Positions 49,433-57,867 of a stretch of 64,000 nt of DNA are shown one piece after another. Origin of the DNA: Gemmatales bacterium (GTDB taxonomy: Bacteria > Planctomycetota > Planctomycetia > Gemmatales > HRBIN36). Under the pieces are notes generated by a model. That model did not search any database and was not told where the DNA came from. It worked only from the letters and a program-made list of their open reading frames with translations. Made by a program: the position numbers and the translations under genes. Position 1 is the stretch's first letter; each line of letters starts with the position of its first letter. Where the stretch lies: the NCBI GenBank assembly GCA_041640595.1, contig JBEPZY010000001.1:384001-448000 (forward strand). The letters are read 5' to 3'.

Positions 49433-50278
49433 ATGCCACGCCCGATTATCACGCTGACCACCGACTTCGGGGAGGATTCCGCCTACGCCGCCGCGCTCAA
49501 AGGAAGCATACTGAGCGTTTGTCCCGAAGCCCAATTGATAGACCTGAGCCATAGTATCCCACCGCAAGACGTGGTGCATGCCGCCTTTTTTCTGAGCGAA
49601 GCTGTGCCCTGGTTCCCCGCGGGGACGATTCACGTGGTCGTGGTGGATCCTGGTGTGGGTACAAGTCGTCGGTTGCTCTATGTGGAATGGCCCGAAGAGA
49701 GCGGCGAACTTCAACCCGCCATCGCAATGCAGCGGTTGCTGGCACCGGACAACGGCGTGTGTACGTTGCTCTGGCGGCGTCGGCCAGCGTTACGCATCTT
49801 GGAAATTAGCAACTCGCGTTATTTCCGCCCGGTCGTTAGCAGCACGTTCCATGGCCGGGACATTTTTGCTCCTGTGGCTGGGCATTTGGCCAACGGCCTC
49901 GATCCAATCGAACTGGGCAACGCCGTCACGGACCCGGCTCAGCTCCCCTTTCCGCAACCACAACGAGAAGGCGACCGGGTGCGATGTGAAGTGGTGTTCG
50001 TGGATCATTTCGGCAATCTATTGACCAACATGCACCGCGATGATTGGCCCGGCCTTGCGATTGTCGAGGTTGAGGTACTCGGTATCCGACCGCGTTGGGT
50101 TCGCACCTACGGCGAGGCCTCGCCGGGTGAAGTCGTGGCTTTATGGTCGAGTGGCGGCTGGCTGGAAATTGCCGTGGTGCAGGGCCATGCGGCCCATCGG
50201 CTCAACCTTGGACGCGGTGTACCGGTGCTGGTAACACTTGCCCCAACCGCAGGCTCCAGGGATGCCGAATCGTCCTGA
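49433..50278 (+). CDS. DUF62 SAM hydroxide adenosyltransferase (chlorinase/fluorinase family)
   Basis: TLTTDFG, VVDPGVG.SRR, PDNG, STFHGRD, DHFGN; the Asp-Arg-His set points to the hydrolase type. Confidence 0.92.
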   Translation: MPRPIITLTTDFGEDSAYAAALKGSILSVCPEAQLIDLSHSIPPQDVVHAAFFLSEAVPWFPAGTIHVVVVDPGVGTSRRLLYVEWPEESGELQPAIAMQRLLAPDNGVCTLLWRRRPALRILEISNSRYFRPVVSSTFHGRDIFAPVAGHLANGLDPIELGNAVTDPAQLPFPQPQREGDRVRCEVVFVDHFGNLLTNMHRDDWPGLAIVEVEVLGIRPRWVRTYGEASPGEVVALWSSGGWLEIAVVQGHAAHRLNLGRGVPVLVTLAPTAGSRDAESS

Positions 50279-50406
50279 CGCCTTCACTTTGACTTTCGGC
50301 ACACGAAAGCGCATTTCGACGACTCGGGAATACTGAATCACAATGAGGCCTCCCAATAACAGCGCTCCGGCGGGCCTGACGGTCTGCTTTCCCAGGAGGT
50401 TCGCGA

Positions 50407-51735
50407 ATGTCTGAGCAGTATCAGCCACAATCCACGTTTCGCTGGCGTGTTGCTGCCATGACTTTGCTGGTGCTGCTCAATCTGTTCAATTACATTGACC
50501 GCTACGTGGTGGCAGCCGTCGAAGCGGAAATCGCCAGTACGTTTTTTCCACCCGACCAACCGCAGGAGTTTGTGAAGACTCGCATGGGTTTGCTGATGCC
50601 GGCTTTCATGGTTTCGTATATGGTCGTGGCTCCGGTGTTTGGCTGGCTGGGAGATCGCGTATCTCGATGGTGGTTGATAGCACTGGGAGCACTACTCTGG
50701 ACACTGGCCAGTGGCGGTTCCGGTTGGGCCTGGTCGTATGCCTCTTTGTTTGTCACTCGTTGCCTGGTAGGCGTAGGCGAAGGGGCCTACGGGCCGGTAG
50801 CGCCAACGGTGATTGCAGATCTATATCCGACAGCTCAGCGCGGACGAGCTTTGTCGCTTTTTTATGCCGCTATTCCTGTGGGAAGTGCACTGGGCTACCT
50901 GTTAGGCGGGACTATGCTCTGGTTGACTGGCAACTGGCGGTGGGCCTTTTATACTGTTGTTCCTCCAGGTCTAGTGTTGACGCTTTTGTGTCTGTTGATG
51001 CCTGAAACGCGGCGGGGCCAGGCTGACCGCTTCACGGGTGGCGATACCGACGCCGAAGCCGCGACAATTCGGAAAATACACTGGCGAGACTATCTGGTTC
51101 TTGCGCGAATTCCCTCTTACGTGCTCTGCACGCTGGGGATGACCGCGATGACTTTCGCCGTGGGCGGCATTGCCTTCTGGATGCCACGCTATTTAGCCCT
51201 GGAGCGACAGGCCGCTTCGCTCGACGAGGTCAACATAATTTTCGGCGCCATCATCGCTGCCAGCGGACTATTAGCCACTCTTGCAGGCGGCTGGCTGGGC
51301 GATGTTGCTCAGCGTTATTTCCGCGGTGCATACTTTGGTGTATCGGCTGGCGGAATGTTTTTAGCCTTGCCCCTCTTCCTCGCTTCGTTGTGGTTGCCGT
51401 TCCCGTCAGCCTGGGCTTTTTTGGCGGGCAGCTGCTTTTTCCTGTTCCTGAACACCGGCCCCACCAATGCGGTGCTGGCTAACGTAACCCACCCGGCCAT
51501 CCGAGCTTCTGCTTTCGCTATCAACATTTTTATCATTCACGCCCTCGGCGATGTGCTTTCCCCCGCCGTCATCGGATACGTAGCCGACCTTGCGAATTTG
51601 CAGGTCGGGTTTTTGCTGGTAGCTGGTTTCATCGGTCTGAGCGGCTTGGTGTGGCTGATTGGGGCCAGGTTTCTCGACGCGGATACCCGTTTGGCACTGA
51701 CGCGCTTTCAGTCCGTGATCGAGTGCAAATCGTGA
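50407..51735 (+). CDS. MFS transporter (Spinster-like)
   Basis: NLFNYIDRY, GWLGDR, RCLVGVGE, about 12 TM. Confidence 0.92.
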   Translation: MSEQYQPQSTFRWRVAAMTLLVLLNLFNYIDRYVVAAVEAEIASTFFPPDQPQEFVKTRMGLLMPAFMVSYMVVAPVFGWLGDRVSRWWLIALGALLWTLASGGSGWAWSYASLFVTRCLVGVGEGAYGPVAPTVIADLYPTAQRGRALSLFYAAIPVGSALGYLLGGTMLWLTGNWRWAFYTVVPPGLVLTLLCLLMPETRRGQADRFTGGDTDAEAATIRKIHWRDYLVLARIPSYVLCTLGMTAMTFAVGGIAFWMPRYLALERQAASLDEVNIIFGAIIAASGLLATLAGGWLGDVAQRYFRGAYFGVSAGGMFLALPLFLASLWLPFPSAWAFLAGSCFFLFLNTGPTNAVLANVTHPAIRASAFAINIFIIHALGDVLSPAVIGYVADLANLQVGFLLVAGFIGLSGLVWLIGARFLDADTRLALTRFQSVIECKS

Positions 51736-52124
51736 TGGCAAACCCGTGTTCGGTCGGCTTTGCCTGGACATGCCGTCGAGGTGCCTACGGCATCATTCCG
51801 CAATCCATACTGATTGGGACAACACTCGGTAGTTAGGTTGGGCCGAGTGATTCCGCCAGTATTTCAGGATTCGTGCTGCATTCATTCTGCTCCTCGTGTA
51901 ATAAACAGCACCGCTTGCCTAAAGCGCACTTTCGGACTAAGCTGCGATTGGGGCCGGACTTCAGACCGCTGGGCTGGCCATAAGCCGAAACTGGCTGGTG
52001 TATAATTTGTAAAGAAACGGTGTGCCGGCCCTAGCGCTAGCCAGGAAGAACGAGTCGGCCAGGTCGCCATCACGGTGTTCATTATTCGGCACCTCGTGTC
52101 GAGCGCCTAGGCGAGAATCGAACG

Positions 52125-52934
52125 ATGTCTTTTGCATTGTCTATTGGCCAGAAGTCAGATATTGGCAACTACCGCGAGAATAACGAAGACCGTGTTCTCG
52201 TTTCGCAGGTGCAGGAAAACGGTCGCTGTCAGTTATTGGCCTGTCTGGTGGCGGACGGCATGGGAGGTCAGCTGGCAGGTGAGAAAGCCAGCGAAATGGC
52301 CACGGATTTAATCTGGCAGGAACTTCAAAAGGGTTATGGCCAGGTGCAGAATGTTGAGCAAGTCAAGCAGCTTATCCGCCAGGCAGCGGTTCGCGCCAAC
52401 GAAGAGATCATGGAGCTCGGGCAGTTTCACCGCGAATACAGCAACATGGGCACCACCATTGTGTTGGCGGTCTGGTTACCACCGCTACGGGACGATTGTC
52501 TGTTCATAAGCTGGCTGGGCGATAGCCGTGCCTACCTTGTACGCGATCGCAAAATCGAATGCCTGACGGTTGACCATTCCATCGCTCAGGCGCTGGTCGA
52601 AGCCGGGGTCTTATCAGCCGAAGAAGCTCGCGTTCATCGCTTTCGCAACCGGTTGTGGAAATACCTCGGCACGAAGGAAGTAGCAGACGGGCCCGACGTC
52701 AAAGTCGTGTATTTGCGGCCAGGTGACCGCTTCCTACTGTGCACGGACGGCCTGACCGGGGTGGTCGAGGACGAAAAACTCGCCGAGGTTATTGCCGCCA
52801 ACACAGACCCGCAAAAAGCTGCCGAAGACCTGGTTAAACTGGCCCTCGATTGCGACAGCAAGGACAACGTTTCTTGCGTCCTGATTTACGTAGAAGAAGC
52901 GCCGGCCCCGGTAGCCTACATCCTCGGCAACTGA
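52125..52934 (+). CDS. PP2C-family Ser/Thr phosphatase
   Basis: RENNED, VADGMGG, MGTT, GDSRAY, LCTDGL, DNVS. Confidence 0.95.
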   Translation: MSFALSIGQKSDIGNYRENNEDRVLVSQVQENGRCQLLACLVADGMGGQLAGEKASEMATDLIWQELQKGYGQVQNVEQVKQLIRQAAVRANEEIMELGQFHREYSNMGTTIVLAVWLPPLRDDCLFISWLGDSRAYLVRDRKIECLTVDHSIAQALVEAGVLSAEEARVHRFRNRLWKYLGTKEVADGPDVKVVYLRPGDRFLLCTDGLTGVVEDEKLAEVIAANTDPQKAAEDLVKLALDCDSKDNVSCVLIYVEEAPAPVAYILGN

Positions 52935-53246
52935 CTTGGCTTGCGCAGTATCAGTAAACTTTCTATGTTACAAGAATCTTATCAGACCCCTTGCAACCTC
53001 CCTATTTTCCAATAAACCGAGTTTAGCCGGATTAACCGATTGGCCGAAGTTTTCCAAAGGGCGCAGCGTGCGTATTTAGAGTGTAGCTGAACATGGGCAG
53101 TCCAGAAGCGATCGGCCGCGTTCTTGACGCTGCCCGGCCGGTCCTCCAAAGCATTCGGTCTGCTGCATCTCCCCGACCTTGCTGAGCACAGCGCGAAATT
53201 GGCGCTTGGGTCTTCAGGACTCGCATCTATCAAAGGAGGTCCGCAC

Positions 53247-53948
53247 ATGTCTGCTCTTAGGAACGCTTTTCTGCGCGTAGAACGGCTGGAAGACCGTGAC
53301 TTGCCCGCAGGCACGGTCACAGCGGCTTTTGCCGCAGGCACCCTTACCCTGACCGGGGATGCGCAAGCCAACAACCTGGAAGTGCGCATCGACAACGGCA
53401 ACGTTACGCTCAAAGGTAAAGGTACGACCATCGCCGGCGGAACTAGCTTCGCTGGCGTCAATGACATTGTCATTAATCTTGGCGACGGCAACGACCGCGT
53501 AACCGTTCGCGGACGCACCTTGGCCGGCAACCTCACTATCGATCTCGGCAACGGCAACGATCATGCTCAGCTCAAGAAGCTTTCGGTTACCGGCAATGTG
53601 TCGGTCACTGGCGGCGCTGGAAATGACCACGTGAAAATCGAAGATCACGTTTTCGTCGGCGGCAACGTTACCGTTACGACCAACGACGGCAACGACCACG
53701 TGGGCATCGAAGAGCTCCACGTAACCGGCACTACCAGCGTGGACACCGGGCTGGGCAACGACAAAGTCGAAATTGAAGAAAGTCAATTCAGCGGTGCCGC
53801 CACGATTCTACTGGGCGACGGCAATGACCGTATCAAGCTGGAAGATGTCAGCTTCGCCGTGGCCAGCACTGTGGATGGCGGTAACGGCACGGACAAGCTC
53901 AAACGAGAAGACGTGTCCGGCCCTGTCAATTACCTTAACTTCCCGTAA
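53247..53948 (+). CDS. Secreted GxGND-repeat (beta-roll/beta-helix) protein with planctomycete extracellular motif
   Basis: LRVERLEDRDLPAG; seven ~22-aa repeats containing GDGND/GNGND; AAGGAGG RBS. Confidence 0.85.
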   Translation: MSALRNAFLRVERLEDRDLPAGTVTAAFAAGTLTLTGDAQANNLEVRIDNGNVTLKGKGTTIAGGTSFAGVNDIVINLGDGNDRVTVRGRTLAGNLTIDLGNGNDHAQLKKLSVTGNVSVTGGAGNDHVKIEDHVFVGGNVTVTTNDGNDHVGIEELHVTGTTSVDTGLGNDKVEIEESQFSGAATILLGDGNDRIKLEDVSFAVASTVDGGNGTDKLKREDVSGPVNYLNFP

Positions 53949-54016
53949 CCCGCTATAGGCGGCCGGCTTCCGAAACGACCACTACCATGGGCTGTGGCGC
54001 CAGTGCGGGGATGCGC

Positions 54017-54544
54017 TTAGCTGCTTGATGTACCCCCTTGGCGCCTCAGCCAAAGCTGCTGGATCTTTTCTTGCAAAGCCAGGATCGTGCTCAGTGAACG
54101 CGCGTAAAGTCGTAGCGCTCGTGTGCCCGCGCTGCATAGCTGCTGCGACAAATTCGCCAACCATTCTCCTAATGGCATAACTTCTTCGTCGGGCTCTAAA
54201 GGCACCAGACCTTTTGGCAACAGCACTTCGCTGACGCGCGGCTGGCCGCTCAGGCCGACCAATTTTGGCACGCGCGTGTGGCACATATCGAGATAAACCG
54301 GCTCTAAGTCATGACGAATGCGTGTAAATAACTCGACCACCGAACCACCGTGCGCCCGTACGAAGTCCGGGTCCGCTTTCATCACTTCCTCGACCACTTC
54401 AATCATAGCTGCCCACTGCCTGAGTCCTCCCGCCCATTGCTCTACGCGGCGCATCCAGCGATAATAGTCGAGCAAGCTATCCTGAGCCTGGCGACTCAGT
54501 TGCCCTGCCATCGCATAATGGTACTGGAACGTTAGCTTGTCCAC
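54017..54544 (-). CDS. Hypothetical helical protein
   Basis: 175 aa, co-oriented, 48 bp downstream of the Lon-CARF gene. Confidence 0.65.
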   Translation of the reverse strand: MDKLTFQYHYAMAGQLSRQAQDSLLDYYRWMRRVEQWAGGLRQWAAMIEVVEEVMKADPDFVRAHGGSVVELFTRIRHDLEPVYLDMCHTRVPKLVGLSGQPRVSEVLLPKGLVPLEPDEEVMPLGEWLANLSQQLCSAGTRALRLYARSLSTILALQEKIQQLWLRRQGGTSSS

Positions 54545-54592
54545 CTGCTTCAGCGACTAAGTGCCTATGTTTTTCAAACCCATCTCTCGTTA

Positions 54593-55972
54593 CTAGGGAC
54601 GTCGCTGGTTATAAAGTATCCATTGTTCTGTAAAGGGCACGACCATCTGCCTCTTGCGTTCGTGCCGCAAGTACAGGAGTCGGTGTTCCGGCTGCGCCAC
54701 TCGCAGCGCCAGAGTCAGGGTCATTTCCTTAGTGCCTGGCGTGAGATCAAGCCCGACCAACTCGGCAGGCACACCCTGGACAAACGTGTGGACTTCCCGT
54801 TCTAACTCTCGCAACAATTCATCCGTGCTTTTATAAATCTTCCAGATAACCTCGCAGGGCCTTTGTGCCGATGCTCGCATCTCTTCTAGTTCGCGCATTG
54901 CAGCTCGCTTATCACTGGTTGCCAGTACCAGGCATCGGCTTGCTCCGATGCTTTCAATGGCGATGTGAACTAACTCCGGATTATCGCTTAATATGGTAAC
55001 CAGGTGGGAAATGGTCCCATTCTTTTCCTGCCATTGCTGCCGGAGCCGTTCGATAACTCGGGGGAGTAATTGCTGGCGATAGTATTGCTTAGCACGATCG
55101 GTATTCCGACTATAGAGCCGCTCGTAATAGGCTTGCAAGTATTTTATCGGACCGTCTGGCGGAGGCGGCACTTCCAGTTCTAATAAGCACGGGCGCAATG
55201 CTTCCACCGGATCAGATTTGCCCTGCGGCAAGCCTTGAATGGTAAGCAGCGATTGCTCCGGCAACAATTGCCTGGCGTATTCGATTTGACTTTCGGGTAC
55301 AAAGAAAATCTTAACGCCACTCTGTGGCAAACTGGCCGCTCGGAGTTTTTCTTCGAGACAACCGACTGCATCTATACCGCTGCCGTCGTTCCATTCGGCG
55401 GTGATCCATACGTCATGTCGTAGGGAAGGTGCATTGTTTTCCTGAGTCTGGCGTATCTGTTCCGCAGCAATTAGGCTCGCACATAACCAACCCCAACCGG
55501 AACTCGGCGATAACTGTAATTCGGCAGCGAGTGCATGCAGAAAGTCTTGGTCGCTGATGCGCACCGCCAGTTGCAATCCCCATCGCGAAAAATCCGAATT
55601 GTTCCTGAAATCATCGGACGGAACGTGAACGAGTTTTTGACGGATATTTTCTGCGAGTTGTCGCACACGGTCGGGCAACCGCGAGTCGTCGGCCTTTCCC
55701 CAGGCCCACTGCAGAGGTAGCAGGAATGCTTCCCGAAGCGTGGGAAACTGACGGGTATCAGTCAAAGCGTACAAAATGGCACAACCGTTAGGGCGGGGTT
55801 CTAAACTCCAGCGCGCGGACCTTACTAAGTCACCACTCGCTTTTGCTAACACCTCCGGGCGCAACCACCAGTAAGCTAGGTCTCCCAATCGGTGAGTTAG
55901 CCACAGGCATTCGTGTTGCGTCAACTCATCAGGAGGCTTCCTGAGCCGATGGAGAATCAGTTCCTGACTCAT
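54593..55972 (-). CDS. Lon-type Ser-Lys protease domain fused to C-terminal CARF domain
   Basis: SPSSGWGWLCASL...LRHDVWITAEW...VGCLEEKLRAA...GVKIFFVPESQ (Lon proteolytic pattern); HLVTILSDNPE...LVLATS...LDLTPGTKEM...LLYL (CARF pattern). Confidence 0.8.
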   Translation of the reverse strand: MSQELILHRLRKPPDELTQHECLWLTHRLGDLAYWWLRPEVLAKASGDLVRSARWSLEPRPNGCAILYALTDTRQFPTLREAFLLPLQWAWGKADDSRLPDRVRQLAENIRQKLVHVPSDDFRNNSDFSRWGLQLAVRISDQDFLHALAAELQLSPSSGWGWLCASLIAAEQIRQTQENNAPSLRHDVWITAEWNDGSGIDAVGCLEEKLRAASLPQSGVKIFFVPESQIEYARQLLPEQSLLTIQGLPQGKSDPVEALRPCLLELEVPPPPDGPIKYLQAYYERLYSRNTDRAKQYYRQQLLPRVIERLRQQWQEKNGTISHLVTILSDNPELVHIAIESIGASRCLVLATSDKRAAMRELEEMRASAQRPCEVIWKIYKSTDELLRELEREVHTFVQGVPAELVGLDLTPGTKEMTLTLALRVAQPEHRLLYLRHERKRQMVVPFTEQWILYNQRRP

Positions 55973-57095
55973 GGTGCAATGCCTCCACTAAGTCGGGTGG
56001 AATTGATTGTAAATCTGCCTCCCAGACCTCGCGCGAACTGCCCACAGCCAAACAAGGGGGCTTACCAGATTCGAGCGCCTGCAAGAGACCATCGCTCGGA
56101 AACCAGGCTTTGCCCTCGGCGCTGATCTTGCTTTCTAAGTCGGCTAACCAAACCGGTTGATTGCTTAAGCCCAGCGCCGGTTCGCCTGCTCTGGTCATAA
56201 ATACTATTTCAATTTGTTCCGGCCTTTTATCCTGAACGAGCACGCAATGGGCCTCGTACTGGCGATCGGGCGAAACCCAGCGAATGATAACTGGTTGCCC
56301 CGCTGGCGCAGCAGCTACCCGGGCGCGCAACGTCATCAGCAAGAGTAGTTTCAGAGCCGCTAATTGGCGCTCCTCCTTATCGGTAACTGCCCGGGCTACT
56401 GCTTGCCAGATTCCAGCCGACGGCATCCGCTTCAGCGCTTCCTGCATGGATACCTGCGCTACTTCCGACAGTAACCCGCTCAGCCACCACGGCATCAGCC
56501 CCTGATGATCCTGGGTCAAAAGAATTCGCCAGTTTTCAATCAACGGGAGGTGCGCCACGGTGCTGAGGATTTCTAAGTTTTCAGATTGCTGCAATGCCGT
56601 GTCCAACTGCTCTACTTTTTCGGTTAATGCCTGCAACGAGCTATCGTATTCCTGCCACGAAATTTCCTGGTCACCATACGCCTCTAACAAGGCCTCATCC
56701 ACGGCAATATAAGCGGCGTGAATGTCCATCCGATCCAGGAGTAAACGAACGCACAACTCATCGCGCTCTATGGGTTCATCGGTGCTGTCCCAATCATGTG
56801 CGAGGGTTTGGGCACGTTTGGCAGCATCGTCAATTAAGGCATGCAGGGCGGTCATTGCCGCCTTAGCTATAGGTAAGGGCAGGGCGCCGTCCTCATCGCC
56901 CAGGTCCGCGCCGAACAACCGGCAATAACCTAGCGCAATGGCCGCTCGTAACGCCGATGCTTGATGTGCCGGCGTCAGCGGAACCCCGGCCAGTATTTCA
57001 TGGAGTTCCTGCTGCGCCAGGATTTCGTTCAGCTCCTGAACGTAGATAGCCAGCACATCATTATTGCGAGCGAAAATTTCCGTGGTCATAATCAT
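55929..57095 (-). CDS. Hypothetical protein, putative anti-sigma factor / protease substrate
   Basis: Start reassigned to ATG 57095 (AAGGG upstream); helical N-terminal region, Ala-rich linker, beta-rich C-terminal domain; overlaps the Lon-CARF start. Confidence 0.6.
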   Translation of the reverse strand: MIMTTEIFARNNDVLAIYVQELNEILAQQELHEILAGVPLTPAHQASALRAAIALGYCRLFGADLGDEDGALPLPIAKAAMTALHALIDDAAKRAQTLAHDWDSTDEPIERDELCVRLLLDRMDIHAAYIAVDEALLEAYGDQEISWQEYDSSLQALTEKVEQLDTALQQSENLEILSTVAHLPLIENWRILLTQDHQGLMPWWLSGLLSEVAQVSMQEALKRMPSAGIWQAVARAVTDKEERQLAALKLLLLMTLRARVAAAPAGQPVIIRWVSPDRQYEAHCVLVQDKRPEQIEIVFMTRAGEPALGLSNQPVWLADLESKISAEGKAWFPSDGLLQALESGKPPCLAVGSSREVWEADLQSIPPDLVEALHHESGTDSPSAQEAS

Positions 57096-57126
57096 GTCCC
57101 TTACTAATTGCGTAATTTTGGCGACA

Positions 57127-57867
57127 TTACTTCGTCGTGGTCGAATGTTTGCCGTTTTCCGAATCTTCCAACGGGTCGGGCAACGTCCATCGCCGTTGCC
57201 TGAGTTTAATACGCGGCCGCCTGGTCGTCGGTGACAACATTTCCGCGGCTGGCCATTCGGGCAGCGCGCCCCGCCACACTGGAAGAGGAGCACTCGTGTC
57301 GAAGCCCCAGTTCTCCGGTTGCACGAAGCGGATTTTTTCATCCGTCGGCATAAAAAAGCGCCTGGCTCCACCTTGTTCCCTAATGGGAGCGTAACGCCAA
57401 ATATAGGTGTGAGCAACATGACGCCACCGACGATGCGGCGGGTGAAGATTAGGGCGGTCGGGATAATAGCAGGTTACCAGATGTGCCCGGCTATCGTCGT
57501 ATTTGGACTTGAGCACGAAAATGGCCCCAGTAGGCAGAATAGCTATCCAGGCATGACGGCTTAATCCAATCCGTTGCAGTAATACCAACGGACGATTCAG
57601 CGATTCGCGCAGTGCCCCACCGAATAACTGCTCCAGTCGCCCCAGGGTCTCATCGTTTAAGTCTGACTCGCCGTGGTACCATTGGACTAAGCGGTCGCAA
57701 AGCTCCTGCGTCAGCCATTCGGCCCACGGTCCATCGCATCGAGAGATGTGGCGCTGAACAATATGGGCCAGGCATTGCTGCAATAGGATCACCGTACAGC
57801 GCTTGCCGCGTGGGGCATCTGGATCACGGGGATCAGGTAGCTTGTCCCATATCAGGAAGATCGCCAT
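57127..57867 (-). CDS. Hypothetical protein, possible BECR-fold ribonuclease
   Basis: HIVQRH and LVTCYYP motifs; overlaps the 3' end of the sigma gene. Confidence 0.5.
   Translation of the reverse strand: MAIFLIWDKLPDPRDPDAPRGKRCTVILLQQCLAHIVQRHISRCDGPWAEWLTQELCDRLVQWYHGESDLNDETLGRLEQLFGGALRESLNRPLVLLQRIGLSRHAWIAILPTGAIFVLKSKYDDSRAHLVTCYYPDRPNLHPPHRRWRHVAHTYIWRYAPIREQGGARRFFMPTDEKIRFVQPENWGFDTSAPLPVWRGALPEWPAAEMLSPTTRRPRIKLRQRRWTLPDPLEDSENGKHSTTTK

Noticed and set aside
49241..49714. N-terminal extension of the 581-aa inositol synthase ORF
   Set aside because: Overlaps the divergent DUF62 gene; the recognisable fold begins after 49240
49433..50278. Fluorinase/chlorinase (halogenase) activity
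   Set aside because: The Asp-Arg-His residues of the hydrolase subgroup are present and there is no biosynthetic cluster context
54017..54544. HEPN RNase call from RIRHDL
   Set aside because: Does not fit R-x4-6-H spacing
57096..57419. N-terminal 108 aa of the 496-aa ORF call
   Set aside because: Overlaps the 246-aa gene in another frame; a better start with an RBS lies at 57095/57089
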